DNA of 64,000 bases from an uncultured Alphaproteobacteria bacterium (GTDB lineage: Bacteria > Pseudomonadota > Alphaproteobacteria > MPNO01 > UBA2964): NCBI GenBank assembly GCA_951812775.1, contig OX638326.1, positions 320,335 through 384,334 on the forward strand, in the 5' to 3' direction. Positions 26,777-38,647 of the stretch are shown in pieces. Every line of letters begins with the position of its first letter. Within the stretch, counting starts at the first letter, position 1. The position numbers were made by a program, and so were the translations under genes. Under the pieces are notes generated by a model, which did no database searches, was not told the origin of the DNA, and saw only the letters and a program-made list of their open reading frames with translations.

Positions 26777-28174
26777 CTAACCTCCCACCTCTTCTACCCG
26801 ATCATTTTCATTAACCCCAAGCGACTTTAACTTACGATGCAGGGCTGAGCGCTCCATTCCAACAAACTCTGCTGTTTTCGAAACATTGCCCCCAAACCTA
26901 GAAACCTGTGCCTTCAAATATTGTCTTTCGAATAGTTCCCTGGCGTCCCGAAGAGAGAGTGCCATGACCTCAGCACCTTCATCCCAACGCATAGAAGCTG
27001 GTGTTTGTGCGCCGATCTCCGGTGGTAAGGCATCGGCTGTTACAGCGTCTTCGCTGTTACCGCCAGCCATAATTAATATCCAGTCAACGACATTTCTTAG
27101 TTGTCGTACATTACCCGGCCATTCATAACTTTGCAGGCATGCCATGGCGTCATCAGCTATTTGTCTTTTGGGAATGCCGGCAGTCCTCGCGGCAACCTCC
27201 ATAAAATGCCCGATCAAAACTGAAACATCTTCAGGCCTTTCCTTTAACGCCGGGACCCTTATAGGCACAACACATAATCTGTAATATAGGTCTTCACGAA
27301 AATTGCCATTGGCCATCTCCTGTTGGAGATCCCTATTCGTGCTTGCTATCACGCGAACATTAACTTCAATGGGCTGAGTGCCTCCCACACGCTGGAACCT
27401 TTGCTCCTGCAGCACTCTTACGATTTTTCCTTGCGTTTCGAACGGCATGTCAGCCACTTCGTCTAATAACAAAATGCCGTCATTTGCCTGCTCGAATGTT
27501 CCCGGCACAATTGTTTGACCAGAGTCGTTTTCCGAACCAAACAGTTCCAGCTCCATCCGCTCAGGAGCCATCGTTGCACAATTTAAGACGATTAGGGGAC
27601 CACTACTTCTAGCGGATGCTCCGTGCAACAAACGCGCAACAACTTCTTTGCCTGCACCCGCAGGACCTGAAATAAGGACTCGGCTTTCCGTAGGCGCAAC
27701 GCGCTCAATCGCCCCCTTTAACTGGCTAACGGCAGTTGAATTCCCCACCAAAGGAACATCTCGTCCGGCAGACTGTCTTAGCTCCTCATTCTCCCGACGT
27801 AATCTCGCTGCATCAATAGCCCGCTCAGCTATGAGCAATAACCGATCAGCCTTAAACGGCTTTTCGATAAAGTCATAAGCACCGTTTTTGATCGCATTTA
27901 CGGCGGTTTCAATATCTGCGTGACCGCTGATCATGATTACCGGTAAATCGGGGAGCTCTGCTTTAACGGTTTCTAAAAGAGCAAGACCATCCATCCCGCT
28001 CCCTTGCAACCAAATATCCAAAATGATGAGATCAGATGGACGCTCTTCCAATGCTTTCAGGGCGACTTCGCTACTCTCCGCTTCGCGACAGCTATACCCT
28101 TCGTCGCGTAAAATCTCAGCGATCAAATGACGAATATCCGCTTCATCATCAACGACGAGAATATCAGGCATCAT
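26777..28174 (-). CDS. ntrX: sigma-54-dependent response regulator NtrX
   Basis: Receiver domain, AAA+ sigma-54 activator GAFTGA-type region (ESELFGSE), C-terminal HTH. Confidence 0.85.
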   Translation of the reverse strand: MMPDILVVDDEADIRHLIAEILRDEGYSCREAESSEVALKALEERPSDLIILDIWLQGSGMDGLALLETVKAELPDLPVIMISGHADIETAVNAIKNGAYDFIEKPFKADRLLLIAERAIDAARLRRENEELRQSAGRDVPLVGNSTAVSQLKGAIERVAPTESRVLISGPAGAGKEVVARLLHGASARSSGPLIVLNCATMAPERMELELFGSENDSGQTIVPGTFEQANDGILLLDEVADMPFETQGKIVRVLQEQRFQRVGGTQPIEVNVRVIASTNRDLQQEMANGNFREDLYYRLCVVPIRVPALKERPEDVSVLIGHFMEVAARTAGIPKRQIADDAMACLQSYEWPGNVRQLRNVVDWILIMAGGNSEDAVTADALPPEIGAQTPASMRWDEGAEVMALSLRDARELFERQYLKAQVSRFGGNVSKTAEFVGMERSALHRKLKSLGVNENDRVEEVGG

Positions 28175-30461
28175 TTGCTTCCGTATTTTTTAAAGATGCC
28201 AAATCTTTTGCTACTCCATCATTGCTATTTGCGGCAAATTTTAGGCTGACGACTGCGCCCCCTTGAGGATGATCATTCATCGTTAGTTCGCCGCCATGAT
28301 CTTCCATAATCTTACGAACTATCGCTAAACCTAGACCTGTACCTTTTTCACGCGTTGTCACATACGGTTCTGTCAAGCGATCTCGTCGTTCATCATCTGG
28401 TAGCCCTTTACCATTGTCCCGAATTGCAACGGATATCGTTTCTTCCTCGTCGTCAATTTCAATCGCAATTAATCCAGAAAAATTTTTAGAAGTGGCATTC
28501 ATTCGACACCCCTCAATTGCATCCACCGCATTTTGCAAAAGATTGGTCAGAGCTTGCCCAATCTGCTGTGCATCGCAGGTAATCAAAATTGAATCTTCCG
28601 AAAAATTGCGTGTGAACGAGATTTCCCGATGTGCGTTCTCAAACAGGATTATTGAATTATGAGCCAACTTAACGATGTCTTCCGGTTTCATAACCGGTGC
28701 AGGCATACGGGCAAATGACGAAAATTCGTCTACTAATCGGCCAATATCACCAACCTGTCGAATTATCGTATCGGTACAATTTACAAAAGTTTCCTGATCA
28801 GTCGTTATTTCCTGTTGATATTTTCGACGTAAACGTTCTGCAGCCAATTGAATAGGAGTCAAGGGGTTCTTGATTTCATGAGCAATTCGACGGGCAACAT
28901 CCGCCCAAGCAGCCTTTCTCTGAGCAGATAGAAGCTCGGTTATATCGTCAAAAGTAACAACGTAACCTTGGTCGTCCTCTTTGCCTCCTTGCGGAGAAAT
29001 TCTAACTAGTACAGTTTGTCTTTGCGCACCGTCGCTTAGAATTATTTGGCCGTTCACCTGTTGCGAGCGATAGGAAAGTGCTTCTGACAACAACTCCGCA
29101 CTCTCCGGAACCATCTCATCCAGGCGCCGACCAATCGCTTCTTCCGCTCTAGTGGAGGACAAGTCGGCCGCCGCATTGTTTACGACTTTGATTTTTCCGT
29201 AACCGTCCAGCCCAATAACACCAGAAGACACACCTGCGAGAACGGTTTCCATGAAATGTCTACGATCATCCAATTGTCGGTTGGCCTCGACCAAATGATC
29301 CCTTTGAGCATTTAACTGCTCAGCCATCCTATTAAAAGCGCGGCTCAGAGTACCCACTTCATCTGAGTCACGCCCTTCATCAACCCGAGCGGTAAGGTCA
29401 CCACTTCTTACCTGTTCCGCTGCGTTCACGAGTTCACTAATTGGGCGTGCTAAACGGGTAGCAAAAGTTAAACCAACCCAAATTGCCGAAAGAAGCAAAA
29501 GCAAAGCGACAAATATGAAGACCATTGCGAAAGTGATCTCGATACTAGACCGTTCCCCTTCCAGCTCCTCATATTCGCGTACGGCAGAACGCGTTCTATC
29601 AATATGTCCTAAGACGCGGTGATCAATAAATCGCGTTACATACAGAAAAACATCAACATAAGGTTCCAGTTTTACCAATGCCCTGACACGGTCTTCAGCC
29701 TCCGCTTTAAGTATTACAGTTTCTCCCTGACGCGCTCGGTCTAAAGCCCCGATTGGCACCGGTTCATCAAATAACGAGAAACCAATTTCATTCCATCGGG
29801 CTAGGGCCCTTCCACTCGAGTCAAATACAACAACCTCGCTCAAGGCTCGAATGGCTCCTTGTGTTGCGATAAATCGTTGAAACCGCTTACTATCGCTGGC
29901 TGCAACAGGGCCCAAACGCGTCACATCACGTGCCATCGCGAGAATATCACCACGAATAGTCTGCTGATGTTCCTTCAAATAAGCCTGCGCTACTGCATTG
30001 GACTCGGAGAGAGCCGTTCTAACTCGGTCGCTAAACCAAGTCTGAATCCCCAAACTAAAAAATACCGCCGAAGACACGGCTACGATGATCGTTGGTGTCA
30101 CCGCGACAAGGCTGAACAGAAGGACTAACCGTGTATGAAGACGCGCCCCGACAGCACCACGCCTTCTTTCCATCCATAACTGTACGAGCCTGCGCGCGAC
30201 AATCGCACCAAGAATCAGGAAAAGGACGAGATCAATGTTTAGAAGTATCAGAACTCGCCGTACGCTTTTTTCACTGGTGCCAAATGGTGCCCATCCGCTC
30301 AAAACAGCAAAGGTTAGTAGCGCCATTCCGAACGCAGCGATCATCAGTAGAATTACTAGTTTTCTACCCAGCCCGATGGCCTGCGCCCATTGAATAAACC
30401 GGGCCCGCGGTTTCATTCGAATTCCAGCACTTTCAACGGACATCAAAATTCTCCGTTGCAA
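28164..30461 (-). CDS. ntrY: sensor histidine kinase NtrY
   Basis: Transmembrane N-terminus, HAMP, PAS, HisKA (AHEIKNPLTPIQL) and HATPase domains. Confidence 0.85.
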   Translation of the reverse strand: MQRRILMSVESAGIRMKPRARFIQWAQAIGLGRKLVILLMIAAFGMALLTFAVLSGWAPFGTSEKSVRRVLILLNIDLVLFLILGAIVARRLVQLWMERRRGAVGARLHTRLVLLFSLVAVTPTIIVAVSSAVFFSLGIQTWFSDRVRTALSESNAVAQAYLKEHQQTIRGDILAMARDVTRLGPVAASDSKRFQRFIATQGAIRALSEVVVFDSSGRALARWNEIGFSLFDEPVPIGALDRARQGETVILKAEAEDRVRALVKLEPYVDVFLYVTRFIDHRVLGHIDRTRSAVREYEELEGERSSIEITFAMVFIFVALLLLLSAIWVGLTFATRLARPISELVNAAEQVRSGDLTARVDEGRDSDEVGTLSRAFNRMAEQLNAQRDHLVEANRQLDDRRHFMETVLAGVSSGVIGLDGYGKIKVVNNAAADLSSTRAEEAIGRRLDEMVPESAELLSEALSYRSQQVNGQIILSDGAQRQTVLVRISPQGGKEDDQGYVVTFDDITELLSAQRKAAWADVARRIAHEIKNPLTPIQLAAERLRRKYQQEITTDQETFVNCTDTIIRQVGDIGRLVDEFSSFARMPAPVMKPEDIVKLAHNSIILFENAHREISFTRNFSEDSILITCDAQQIGQALTNLLQNAVDAIEGCRMNATSKNFSGLIAIEIDDEEETISVAIRDNGKGLPDDERRDRLTEPYVTTREKGTGLGLAIVRKIMEDHGGELTMNDHPQGGAVVSLKFAANSNDGVAKDLASLKNTEANDA

Positions 30462-30487
30462 TCATGGATTGGCACTTGTCGGACACT

Positions 30488-31936
30488 TTAGCGTGCGCCC
30501 TTTACGACATCGATCTCAAGTTCTTTAATTTTCTTACGAAGTGTATTTCGATTAATACCAAGCATCTTCGCTGTTTTAATTTGGTTTCCTTTCGCCGCTA
30601 TCAAAGAAAGGGAGATAAGAGGTCTTTCCAGCTCTTTCAAAACACGATTGTATAGACCTGGCGATGGCAAGCCGTCCCGGTGGGCGTCAAAGTATTTTGA
30701 GAGATGCTTTTCAACCGCTGAACTTAGATTGTCCTCATCCGAACTCGTTTCTCGAGAATTAGCCCCACCCTGATCAAATTCAGCAACAATAATATCGTTT
30801 GAAATAACATCATCGGTATACAGTGTACCGACTCTCTTAATTAGATTCTCAAGTTCCCGAACATTTCCGGGCCAGTCGTAGTCAATTAATCTTTGCATCG
30901 CTTCGACGTCCAAAGACTTTGGAGCGAGACCTTCCGATTGCATTGTTTCCAGAAAATGGCGTACCAAGTCTGGAATATCTTCTTTCCGCTCCCTAAGCGG
31001 GGGCAATCGCAGAGGGACAACATTAAGCCGATAAAACAGGTCTTCACGAAATTGTCCTTTTTCGATTAATCCCTGAAGGTCTCGGTGTGTGGCAGCAATA
31101 ATGCGCACATTTGCTTTTACCGGGACTCTCCCGCCAACCGAGGTAAATTCCCCCTCCTGTAGGACGCGCAAAAGTCTAGTCTGCGCATCGAGGGGCATAT
31201 CACCAATTTCATCGAGAAAAAGAGTTCCATTTTGTGCTTGTTTAAATCTACCAGTTCCCGCGGTTGTCGCGCCCGTAAAAGCGCCCTTTTCGTGTCCAAA
31301 CAATTCACTTTCAACCAAATCTCTTGGAATAGCTGCCATGTTCAATGCTACGAACGGCCCCTGTTTTCGTTTTCCGTATTCGTGCAATGCGCGCGCAACT
31401 AACTCTTTTCCTGTACCTGATTCCCCCATGATCATTACAGTAAGATCTGATGTCATGAGCCGAGCGACCGTTCGGTAGATATCCTGCATTGCCGGAGAGC
31501 GACCGATAAGCGGCAATTTCTCATCTTCAGGCTCGGTGTCCAACTGGGAAGCAGAGGACACCTCTTTGGGTTCAGAGATGGCCCGGCTGACGATCGTCGC
31601 CAATTCGTCCAGATCGAATGGCTTCGGTAAATACTCAAAAGCACCACGCTCCGTCGCCTTTATCGCCGTCAGTAAAGTATTCTGCGCACTCATCACAATT
31701 ACTTTTAGATCAGCGCGAGAACTCTTTATCCTGGGTATTAAATCCAAACCGTTTGCGTCGGGCATAACGACATCGGTTATCACCAAATCGCCCTCGCCCG
31801 CCTCAACCCATTCCCATAGCGTTTTTCCACTTTCTGTAGTCCAAACATTATGGCCGTCACGCGACAAGGCTTGTTCCAGAACCATCCTTATTGAGCGGTC
31901 GTCATCAGCGATCAGAATTGTTGCTGGCGTTGTCAT
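30488..31936 (-). CDS. ntrC: nitrogen regulation response regulator NtrC (sigma-54 activator)
   Basis: Receiver, sigma-54 AAA+ domain ([14 protein letters not shown]) and Fis-type HTH. Confidence 0.9.
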   Translation of the reverse strand: MTTPATILIADDDRSIRMVLEQALSRDGHNVWTTESGKTLWEWVEAGEGDLVITDVVMPDANGLDLIPRIKSSRADLKVIVMSAQNTLLTAIKATERGAFEYLPKPFDLDELATIVSRAISEPKEVSSASQLDTEPEDEKLPLIGRSPAMQDIYRTVARLMTSDLTVMIMGESGTGKELVARALHEYGKRKQGPFVALNMAAIPRDLVESELFGHEKGAFTGATTAGTGRFKQAQNGTLFLDEIGDMPLDAQTRLLRVLQEGEFTSVGGRVPVKANVRIIAATHRDLQGLIEKGQFREDLFYRLNVVPLRLPPLRERKEDIPDLVRHFLETMQSEGLAPKSLDVEAMQRLIDYDWPGNVRELENLIKRVGTLYTDDVISNDIIVAEFDQGGANSRETSSDEDNLSSAVEKHLSKYFDAHRDGLPSPGLYNRVLKELERPLISLSLIAAKGNQIKTAKMLGINRNTLRKKIKELEIDVVKGAR

Positions 31937-33054
31937 TGATTTGATGCCTCAATTTCGGAGACGACCAACATCGGGAAATACAATCGAAAACAGGTACCAT
32001 CACTATTTGTTTCAAATTCAATAACACCACCATGGTCGTGAACGAGCTTCGCCACGAGGGCAAGGCCCAAACCTGTTCCCCCAGTTTTTGTCGATACAAA
32101 CGGGTCAAATATGTTCTGCGCAATATCTTGTGGAACACCACATCCATTATCAGAAACAGAAATCATTAGGGGCAAATGAACTCTCTCATTAGTTCCAGGA
32201 ACAGTAAGCCGGACCCCGCGCCGGAAGCCTGTTGTTAATTTAATTTCACCTTTTCTTTCAGGCAGCGCTTCTGCCGCGTTTTTGACGAGATTCAGGAACA
32301 CCTGAATGAGCTGATCTTTGTTGCCTAACACCGGCGGCAGAGATGGGTCGTAATCCATATGTATTGTTACATTCTCGACAAATTCTGCTGTTGCGAGTTG
32401 ATGCACCCTATCCAAAACTTCGTGAATATTGGTCTCTTCTCTTTCGGGAGGCCCGTCATCACCGAACACCCCCATACGATCAACCAGCTTACAAATTCTA
32501 TCGGCTTCTTCTTTGATCAATTTTGCCAAGGACCGGTCTTCTATACCCACCGCGCGCTCTAAGAGCTGAGCGGCCCCTCTGATACCTGAAAGTGGGTTCT
32601 TGACTTCATGCGCCAGCATGGAGGCCATTGCTGTCACGGATCTCGCGGCGCCGCGATGCACTAATTGTCTTTCCATACTGCGTGCTGCGCCGTGTGAATG
32701 AAATGACAGGACAACTGCGCCAGGATTGTCCAACATCGGTGAAGCTTGAATACTTACCCGTCTAGTCCCGCCACGGGGTCTGGATAATTCGATGTCATGT
32801 TCAAATACGCTAATCGTGTTTGTTCGTACCTGTTCGACTAATGAGAAAATCGGGCTATGTCTGGCGAAAATTTGGTCGAGTGGAAAACCAGTTAAAAATG
32901 ACTTCCCCTGCTCCAGAAATTGTTCGGTCGCTGCATTGACATAATTCACTCGGTTGTCCTGCCCGACAGCCAAAATTGGGAAGGCCAACGCGCCAAGGAT
33001 ACCCGCTTCGCCGAGAGCATGCGGGTTTTCGGGAATCTGAATACTTGTCGCCAT
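31933..33054 (-). CDS. ntrB: nitrogen regulation sensor histidine kinase NtrB
   Basis: PAS domain, HisKA ([13 protein letters not shown]), HATPase. Overlaps ntrC. Confidence 0.9.
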   Translation of the reverse strand: MATSIQIPENPHALGEAGILGALAFPILAVGQDNRVNYVNAATEQFLEQGKSFLTGFPLDQIFARHSPIFSLVEQVRTNTISVFEHDIELSRPRGGTRRVSIQASPMLDNPGAVVLSFHSHGAARSMERQLVHRGAARSVTAMASMLAHEVKNPLSGIRGAAQLLERAVGIEDRSLAKLIKEEADRICKLVDRMGVFGDDGPPEREETNIHEVLDRVHQLATAEFVENVTIHMDYDPSLPPVLGNKDQLIQVFLNLVKNAAEALPERKGEIKLTTGFRRGVRLTVPGTNERVHLPLMISVSDNGCGVPQDIAQNIFDPFVSTKTGGTGLGLALVAKLVHDHGGVIEFETNSDGTCFRLYFPMLVVSEIEASNQ

Positions 33055-33057
33055 GCG

Positions 33058-34044
33058 TTATGCTGCCTCTTGCATCAACACGTCTTCATAATACGTATCG
33101 ATGGCGCGCAGCGCGTCGTCTGCTTCTGGAATTTTGTTAATATTCGCGCGAAATTCAGCAGATTTCGGCAGACCCTTCGTATACCAGCTCACATGCTTTC
33201 TAGCCATGCGCATACCGGTATAACTCCCATAATGATGGAGCATTTCGAGATAATGATCGCGGACAATCTGGTATTGATCGGCGAGCGAAGGATCAGGAAG
33301 CCGGTTTCCAGTTCTCAGAAATTCGATGACCTGCGCCAGAAACCATGGTTTGCCGTATGTACCCCGCCCAATCATTACCCCATCAGCGCCAGATTTCGAC
33401 AAAATCGATTTCACATCATCCAAAGTAGTGACATCACCATTAGCAATCACTGGAATTGAAACCGCTTCTTTTACCTTTCGAATAAAAGACCAGTCAGCAG
33501 AGCCATTATAAAACTGACATCGTGTTCTCCCATGAACCGATATCATTTTGATCCCGACTTCTTCTGCCGCTCTCGCTAGAAAAGGAGCGTTTCTATTGTC
33601 GTCATCCCAGCCAGTCCGCATTTTGAGGGTAACCGGCAATTTGACGGCGGAGACCACCGCCTCAAGAATTTTAACTGCCTTCGCTTCCTCCCGCATAAGC
33701 GCCGAACCTGCATGGCCATTGACGACCTTTTTCACAGGACATCCCATATTGATATCGATAATCGCAGCGCTGCGATCCTCGTTTAACTTAGCTGCCTCAG
33801 CCATAACTTCTGGGTCGCAGCCTGCAAGCTGAACGGACATCGGAAATTCTTCCGCACAATTGCTTGCCATTTTCATAGATTTCTTGTTTTGACGGATCAT
33901 CGCCTGGCTGGCGATCATCTCGGATACGACGAGCCCAGCGCCAAGACTTTTCACCAACCGACGAAAAGGCAGATCGGTTACACCGGACATTGGCGCCAAA
34001 ATGACAGGATCGGCGAGAGACAGAGAATCAATCTTAATGGACAC
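33058..34044 (-). CDS. dusB: tRNA-dihydrouridine synthase DusB (NifR3)
   Basis: TIM-barrel Dus motifs. Classic nifR3-ntrB-ntrC arrangement. Confidence 0.9.
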   Translation of the reverse strand: MSIKIDSLSLADPVILAPMSGVTDLPFRRLVKSLGAGLVVSEMIASQAMIRQNKKSMKMASNCAEEFPMSVQLAGCDPEVMAEAAKLNEDRSAAIIDINMGCPVKKVVNGHAGSALMREEAKAVKILEAVVSAVKLPVTLKMRTGWDDDNRNAPFLARAAEEVGIKMISVHGRTRCQFYNGSADWSFIRKVKEAVSIPVIANGDVTTLDDVKSILSKSGADGVMIGRGTYGKPWFLAQVIEFLRTGNRLPDPSLADQYQIVRDHYLEMLHHYGSYTGMRMARKHVSWYTKGLPKSAEFRANINKIPEADDALRAIDTYYEDVLMQEAA

Positions 34045-34129
34045 TTCGTAAGCACCTATATTGGATTGCCTAAATAATAGGCGAACCTACTGCAAACGAC
34101 CGAAATTAAGCAATGAAATTCAGGCCCTT

Positions 34130-34930
34130 TTAGGCCAACAAAATATCGGTAACAAATTTTACGCCTGGGTAGGCCAGTGTAATCATCAGATAAGCCAACA
34201 AAGCCAGCCGCGCCGCCTTTTGCCCCCGAAGACCTCTCACTTTACGTGCAACCAAAAGGATAATAACGATGATCAAGGTAATTACTGACAGCAGAGCTTT
34301 GTGGGATAATTCAACCAAACTACCGGTTTGCAAAAAATGTACTGTCATCCCCGTCAACAACCCAACCAGCAAAACACCCGCACTGTATTGCAATAATCGC
34401 GTTTCGAGGTGCTCTGAAGAAGCCAGGGTGGGAAAGGCAATGGTAAGCAAAGACTGACGTTTCGTCTTCAAATTACGTTCCTGAACAAACGCCGCAAACC
34501 CCGCTATGGCTGCTAATGTTAGAAGTGCGTAAGTGGTCAAAGAAAACGCTATATGCAACAGCACCCATACGTTTGGAGCGTCAGATAGAAAGGGCCGTTC
34601 CGGTTGATTTTGCCAAATTATCGCCAAAACGCTCAAAACGAAGAGGTAAGGCATCAAACCTGAGAGCAATTTATGCCCCTCACGACAAAGAGCTGCGACC
34701 GGCACATAAATTACTAAAGTGGCCGTAATTGTTGCCCAAAGCGCCGGGGCAAATCCTGTTCGCCATCCTCCAGAAAAGATCACAATTGTCAGCACTGCGG
34801 AACCGGCGATAGCGACCGCCAAAAAACACCAAAACAAAAATCGACGTTCTGTGTCCAACCGAAATGAATAAAACAGCGACGGAAGCATCGCGGCGATTGC
34901 CGAAATCGATAAATATGTGATTGTATTCAT
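34130..34930 (-). CDS. polytopic inner-membrane protein (cytochrome c assembly / YpjD-like family)
   Basis: Eight or more hydrophobic segments. No soluble domain. Assignment by overall shape only. Confidence 0.4.
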   Translation of the reverse strand: MNTITYLSISAIAAMLPSLFYSFRLDTERRFLFWCFLAVAIAGSAVLTIVIFSGGWRTGFAPALWATITATLVIYVPVAALCREGHKLLSGLMPYLFVLSVLAIIWQNQPERPFLSDAPNVWVLLHIAFSLTTYALLTLAAIAGFAAFVQERNLKTKRQSLLTIAFPTLASSEHLETRLLQYSAGVLLVGLLTGMTVHFLQTGSLVELSHKALLSVITLIIVIILLVARKVRGLRGQKAARLALLAYLMITLAYPGVKFVTDILLA

Positions 34931-35076
34931 GAGTCGATTATATCAACCAAACTTATTCAGTGCAGACTAGTTCTCACGAATCTTGCTATCTTGGCATTAT
35001 GGCGCGACAACAGTACCGTGCGATCTGCATGGGATTTCTTCCTATAATCCCTTAACGCAGTTAAAGCGAGGCGTTA

Positions 35077-36243
35077 ATGACAGGGTGTGTTGCCCTAATT
35101 CTATCCGGCGGAAGTGGAAATCGGTTTGGTGACAACACGCCAAAACAATATTTATCACTTGGCGGTAAAGCGGTCATCAGACATGCCATAGATACATTTC
35201 TTGGCCATCCAGGCGTTGATGCCGTTCGAATTGTCCGCCGCCCACAGGACACCTCCCTTTATGAAGCTGCGATCAACGATATTTCAGTTCTTGAGCCTGT
35301 AGACGGCGGTATAACTAGACAAGAATCTGTCCGACTCGGTTTAGAAAGCCTGAAAGACATGAGACCTACGACGGTTCTCATACACGACGGGGCAAGGCCG
35401 TTTCCAGATCCAGGATTAATTTCGCGCGCCTTAGATGCCTTGCACGAGCATCAGGCTGTCATTCCTGCGTTACCGGTGTTCGACACGATTAAACAAGTCG
35501 CTTCTGACGGAAAAACAATTGAACAAACCTTGGACCGACAAAAGCTGTGGCGCGCCCAAACGCCCCAGGCATTCGATTACAACGCTATTTTCTCTGCGCA
35601 CCAAAAAGCTGCTGGCCAAGAGCTAACGGACGACGCAATGGTAGCGGAAAATGCGGGTATCCCTGTTACCATTGTCCAGGGATCTGAAAGCAATATAAAG
35701 ATCACGACACGTGAGGATATGGAACAGGCGAACAAATCGTTGGAACAGGAAACAATGCTAACGCGCGTCGGAACGGGTTTTGATGTCCACCAATTCGGCC
35801 CTGGCGATCACGCAATGCTTTGCGGAATCTCTGTCGCTCATGAAAAAGGTTTAGAAGGTCATTCGGATGCGGATGCGCCAATGCATGCTTTGACTGATGC
35901 CATTCTTGGCGCCATCGCGGCCGGAGACATCGGAAGTCACTTTCCACCGTCAGATGAAAGATGGCGCGGCGCAGCCTCGTCAGAATTCCTAAAATACGCG
36001 GCAACCCTCGTTAGTGATCAAGGCGGTAGAATCGATAATGTCGATGTGACCATAATTTGCGAAAAACCAAAAATTGGACCACATCGTGATGCTATGTGCC
36101 AAAAACTTGCCGATATTTTAGGAATCTCGGCGACCAGCGTAAGTGTGAAAGCAACAACGACTGAGCAACTAGGATTCACAGGAAGAGGCGAGGGTATAGC
36201 AGCACAAGCGATTGCCTCAGTTTCTCTTCCCGCCAAGCCATAG
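35077..36243 (+). CDS. ispDF: bifunctional 2-C-methyl-D-erythritol 4-phosphate cytidylyltransferase / 2-C-methyl-D-erythritol 2,4-cyclodiphosphate synthase (IspDF)
   Basis: IspD N-terminus ALILSGGSGNRFG. IspF C-terminus GTGFDVHQF...HSDADAPMHALTDA. Confidence 0.9.
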   Translation: MTGCVALILSGGSGNRFGDNTPKQYLSLGGKAVIRHAIDTFLGHPGVDAVRIVRRPQDTSLYEAAINDISVLEPVDGGITRQESVRLGLESLKDMRPTTVLIHDGARPFPDPGLISRALDALHEHQAVIPALPVFDTIKQVASDGKTIEQTLDRQKLWRAQTPQAFDYNAIFSAHQKAAGQELTDDAMVAENAGIPVTIVQGSESNIKITTREDMEQANKSLEQETMLTRVGTGFDVHQFGPGDHAMLCGISVAHEKGLEGHSDADAPMHALTDAILGAIAAGDIGSHFPPSDERWRGAASSEFLKYAATLVSDQGGRIDNVDVTIICEKPKIGPHRDAMCQKLADILGISATSVSVKATTTEQLGFTGRGEGIAAQAIASVSLPAKP

Positions 36244-36246
36244 CTT

Positions 36247-36735
36247 ATGTCAGCGTATTCCTTACCCCGCGGCCTCTCATTTTTTCACCCGATATGTCTT
36301 ATTTCTACATGTTGTGGTCTCGGCCTTATGCCATTTGCCCCTGGCACTTGGGGGTCGCTAGCAGCACTCCCGATTGCCTGGGCAATCCTGACCGAATGGA
36401 ATCAGTATATTCTGCTTGCGGTTACCTTCGTCCTATTTCTAATTGGTATGGCTGCCAGTACGATTTACGCCCGGCGCACGAATGATAAAGACCCTGGCGC
36501 AATCGTCATTGATGAACTCGTTGGACAGTTATTAGTACTTTCAATTGCACCACTTAATTGGAGTTATTTTTTGACAGCCTTTGTCCTTTTCAGAATTACC
36601 GACATATTAAAGCCATGGCCTGCATCTTGGGCTGATCGATCTGTATCAGGTGGTTTTGGGATTATGCTTGATGACATATTTGCAGCCGGTTATGCCGCGA
36701 CCATTCTCTTTGGCCTAATGGCCTTATTTAACTGA
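36247..36735 (+). CDS. pgpA: phosphatidylglycerophosphatase A
   Basis: GTWGSLAALP and GFGIMLDD motifs. Follows ispDF as in many alphaproteobacteria. Confidence 0.8.
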   Translation: MSAYSLPRGLSFFHPICLISTCCGLGLMPFAPGTWGSLAALPIAWAILTEWNQYILLAVTFVLFLIGMAASTIYARRTNDKDPGAIVIDELVGQLLVLSIAPLNWSYFLTAFVLFRITDILKPWPASWADRSVSGGFGIMLDDIFAAGYAATILFGLMALFN

Positions 36736-36741
36736 GGCAAA

Positions 36742-37233
36742 ATGTTACATACTGATACTTTGCAGCGCGCTTCAGAGATCATTCAACTTTGCAGCCAAGG
36801 TGGCTACAAAGTTGCAACGATAGAGTCCTGCACCGGTGGCTTGATAACTGCCGCGTTAACGGCCGTATCTGGGTCATCTGATGTCGTTGATCGAGGGTTT
36901 ACCACCTATAGCAACGAAGCGAAGAACGAATTAGTTGGCGTCCCTATGGAGCTAATAACCGATCACGGTGCAGTAAGTGAAGAAGTCGCTCGCGCCATGG
37001 CTGAAGGAGGGCTTCAAAGATCCGATGCAAATGTTACGGTTTCAGTAACTGGCATCGCCGGGCCCGGGGGCGGTACAGAATCGAAACCAGTCGGGTTGGT
37101 ACATTTCGCGTGTGCCAGTGAAGGTAATCCTACCATTACCTACCACAAAGTCTTTCAGGGAGACCGTGCTGCGGTACGGGAAGCAACGGTACTACAAGCT
37201 TTTAAAATGATTGAAGCCGTCGCAAGGAATTAA
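36742..37233 (+). CDS. CinA C-terminal domain protein (nicotinamide-nucleotide amidohydrolase PncC-like)
   Basis: ATIESCTGGLITAALTAVSGSSDVVDRGFTTYSNEAK motif. Confidence 0.8.
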   Translation: MLHTDTLQRASEIIQLCSQGGYKVATIESCTGGLITAALTAVSGSSDVVDRGFTTYSNEAKNELVGVPMELITDHGAVSEEVARAMAEGGLQRSDANVTVSVTGIAGPGGGTESKPVGLVHFACASEGNPTITYHKVFQGDRAAVREATVLQAFKMIEAVARN

Positions 37234-37667
37234 AGGTTTTTTCCGTACACGACCTTTGCGCGCTCTTCAAAAGCACCGACCATTTTGTTAACTGCTTCAC
37301 CAAAAAAGGGCCCAATTATTCCGCGTAGAATTTTGGAACGAAACTCAAAATCGATAAAAAACTCAACTTCGCACCCCTGCTCAGAATCGTGAAATTTCCA
37401 GTGATTAATCAAATGCTTGAATGGACCCTTTTGATACTCAACATCAATACGTTCAGGACGATCAAAAATAACTTTTGAGGTATAGACCTCACGCACCATT
37501 TTGAACCCAACCATGAGATCAGCATAAACCGCATTTTCTTCACGACGGAGGATACGCGTCCCGACACACCAGGGTAAAAACTCTGGATAACGCTCGATGT
37601 CAGCAACAAGATTAAAAAGCTGTTCGGGCGTGTATGGCAAATATCGTCGGTCGGAATGTACCGGCAT
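37230..37667 (-). CDS. SRPBCC-family protein (RatA / COQ10-like)
   Basis: About 145 aa START/Bet-v1-like. Conserved next to lipA. Confidence 0.65.
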   Translation of the reverse strand: MPVHSDRRYLPYTPEQLFNLVADIERYPEFLPWCVGTRILRREENAVYADLMVGFKMVREVYTSKVIFDRPERIDVEYQKGPFKHLINHWKFHDSEQGCEVEFFIDFEFRSKILRGIIGPFFGEAVNKMVGAFEERAKVVYGKNL

Positions 37668-37669
37668 TG

Positions 37670-38641
37670 CTATGAAGGATTACCAACAGTTCTTTTCCGC
37701 CGTTCTTCGGCGAGCATCTTGAAGTCTTTATCTGCATGATAGGAAGACCGCGTCAAAGGGCTTGCAGAAACCAACAAAAAGCCTTTCGCCGCGGCATGAC
37801 TCTTTAAATCATCAAACTCTCGCGGCGTAACGAAACGATCAATCGGGTGATGTTTAGGGGTTGGTTGCAAATATTGGCCTACAGTTAAAAAGTCTATACC
37901 TGCTGATCGCATATCATCCATAACCTGGACAACTTCTTCCAGTTCTTCACCAAGCCCAACCATGAGACCGGATTTCGTAAATATTGTCGGCGCGAGTTCC
38001 TTAACCTGGCGTAAAAGATTCAAAGAATGGAAGTAACGCGCACCAGGTCTGACTCCAGGATATAATCGAGGAACTGTTTCCAGATTATGGTTGAATACGT
38101 CAGGGCCTGCTTCAACAACAACTTCAAGGGCGCCATCTTTTCGTAAAAAATCCGGCGTCAATATTTCAATTGTCGTTTCAGGTGTTGCCTCACGTATTTT
38201 GCGAATAACACGGGCAAAGTGAGATGCACCGCCATCGTCCAAATCATCGCGATCAACGGAAGTTATCACAATGTGTCGTAAACCCAATTTTGAGGCCGCT
38301 TCAGCAACGTGGTCAGGTTCATTTGGGTCAACATGATCTGGCTTACCAGTTGCGACATTGCAAAACGCGCACGCCCGCGTACACACGCTCCCCAAGATCA
38401 TCATAGTCGCATGCCGTTGAGACCAGCACTCCCCGATATTGGGGCAAGCGGCTTCCTCGCAGACAGTGTTCAGAGACAAACCCCGCATAAGGTCTTTTGT
38501 TCGAAAATACTCGGCTGAATTGGGTGCTTTTACCCGAATCCATTCAGGTTTGTGAGGCGAAGGTATCTCTGGGTTATTCACCTTCTCCGGATGACGGGGA
38601 CGAATATTTTTAAGCGATGTAGCCATCAACTGTTCCGCCAA
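37670..38641 (-). CDS. lipA: lipoyl synthase
   Basis: [12 protein letters not shown] and radical-SAM CTRACAFC cysteine clusters. Confidence 0.9.
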   Translation of the reverse strand: MAEQLMATSLKNIRPRHPEKVNNPEIPSPHKPEWIRVKAPNSAEYFRTKDLMRGLSLNTVCEEAACPNIGECWSQRHATMMILGSVCTRACAFCNVATGKPDHVDPNEPDHVAEAASKLGLRHIVITSVDRDDLDDGGASHFARVIRKIREATPETTIEILTPDFLRKDGALEVVVEAGPDVFNHNLETVPRLYPGVRPGARYFHSLNLLRQVKELAPTIFTKSGLMVGLGEELEEVVQVMDDMRSAGIDFLTVGQYLQPTPKHHPIDRFVTPREFDDLKSHAAAKGFLLVSASPLTRSSYHADKDFKMLAEERRKRTVGNPS

Positions 38642-38647
38642 TTCCCA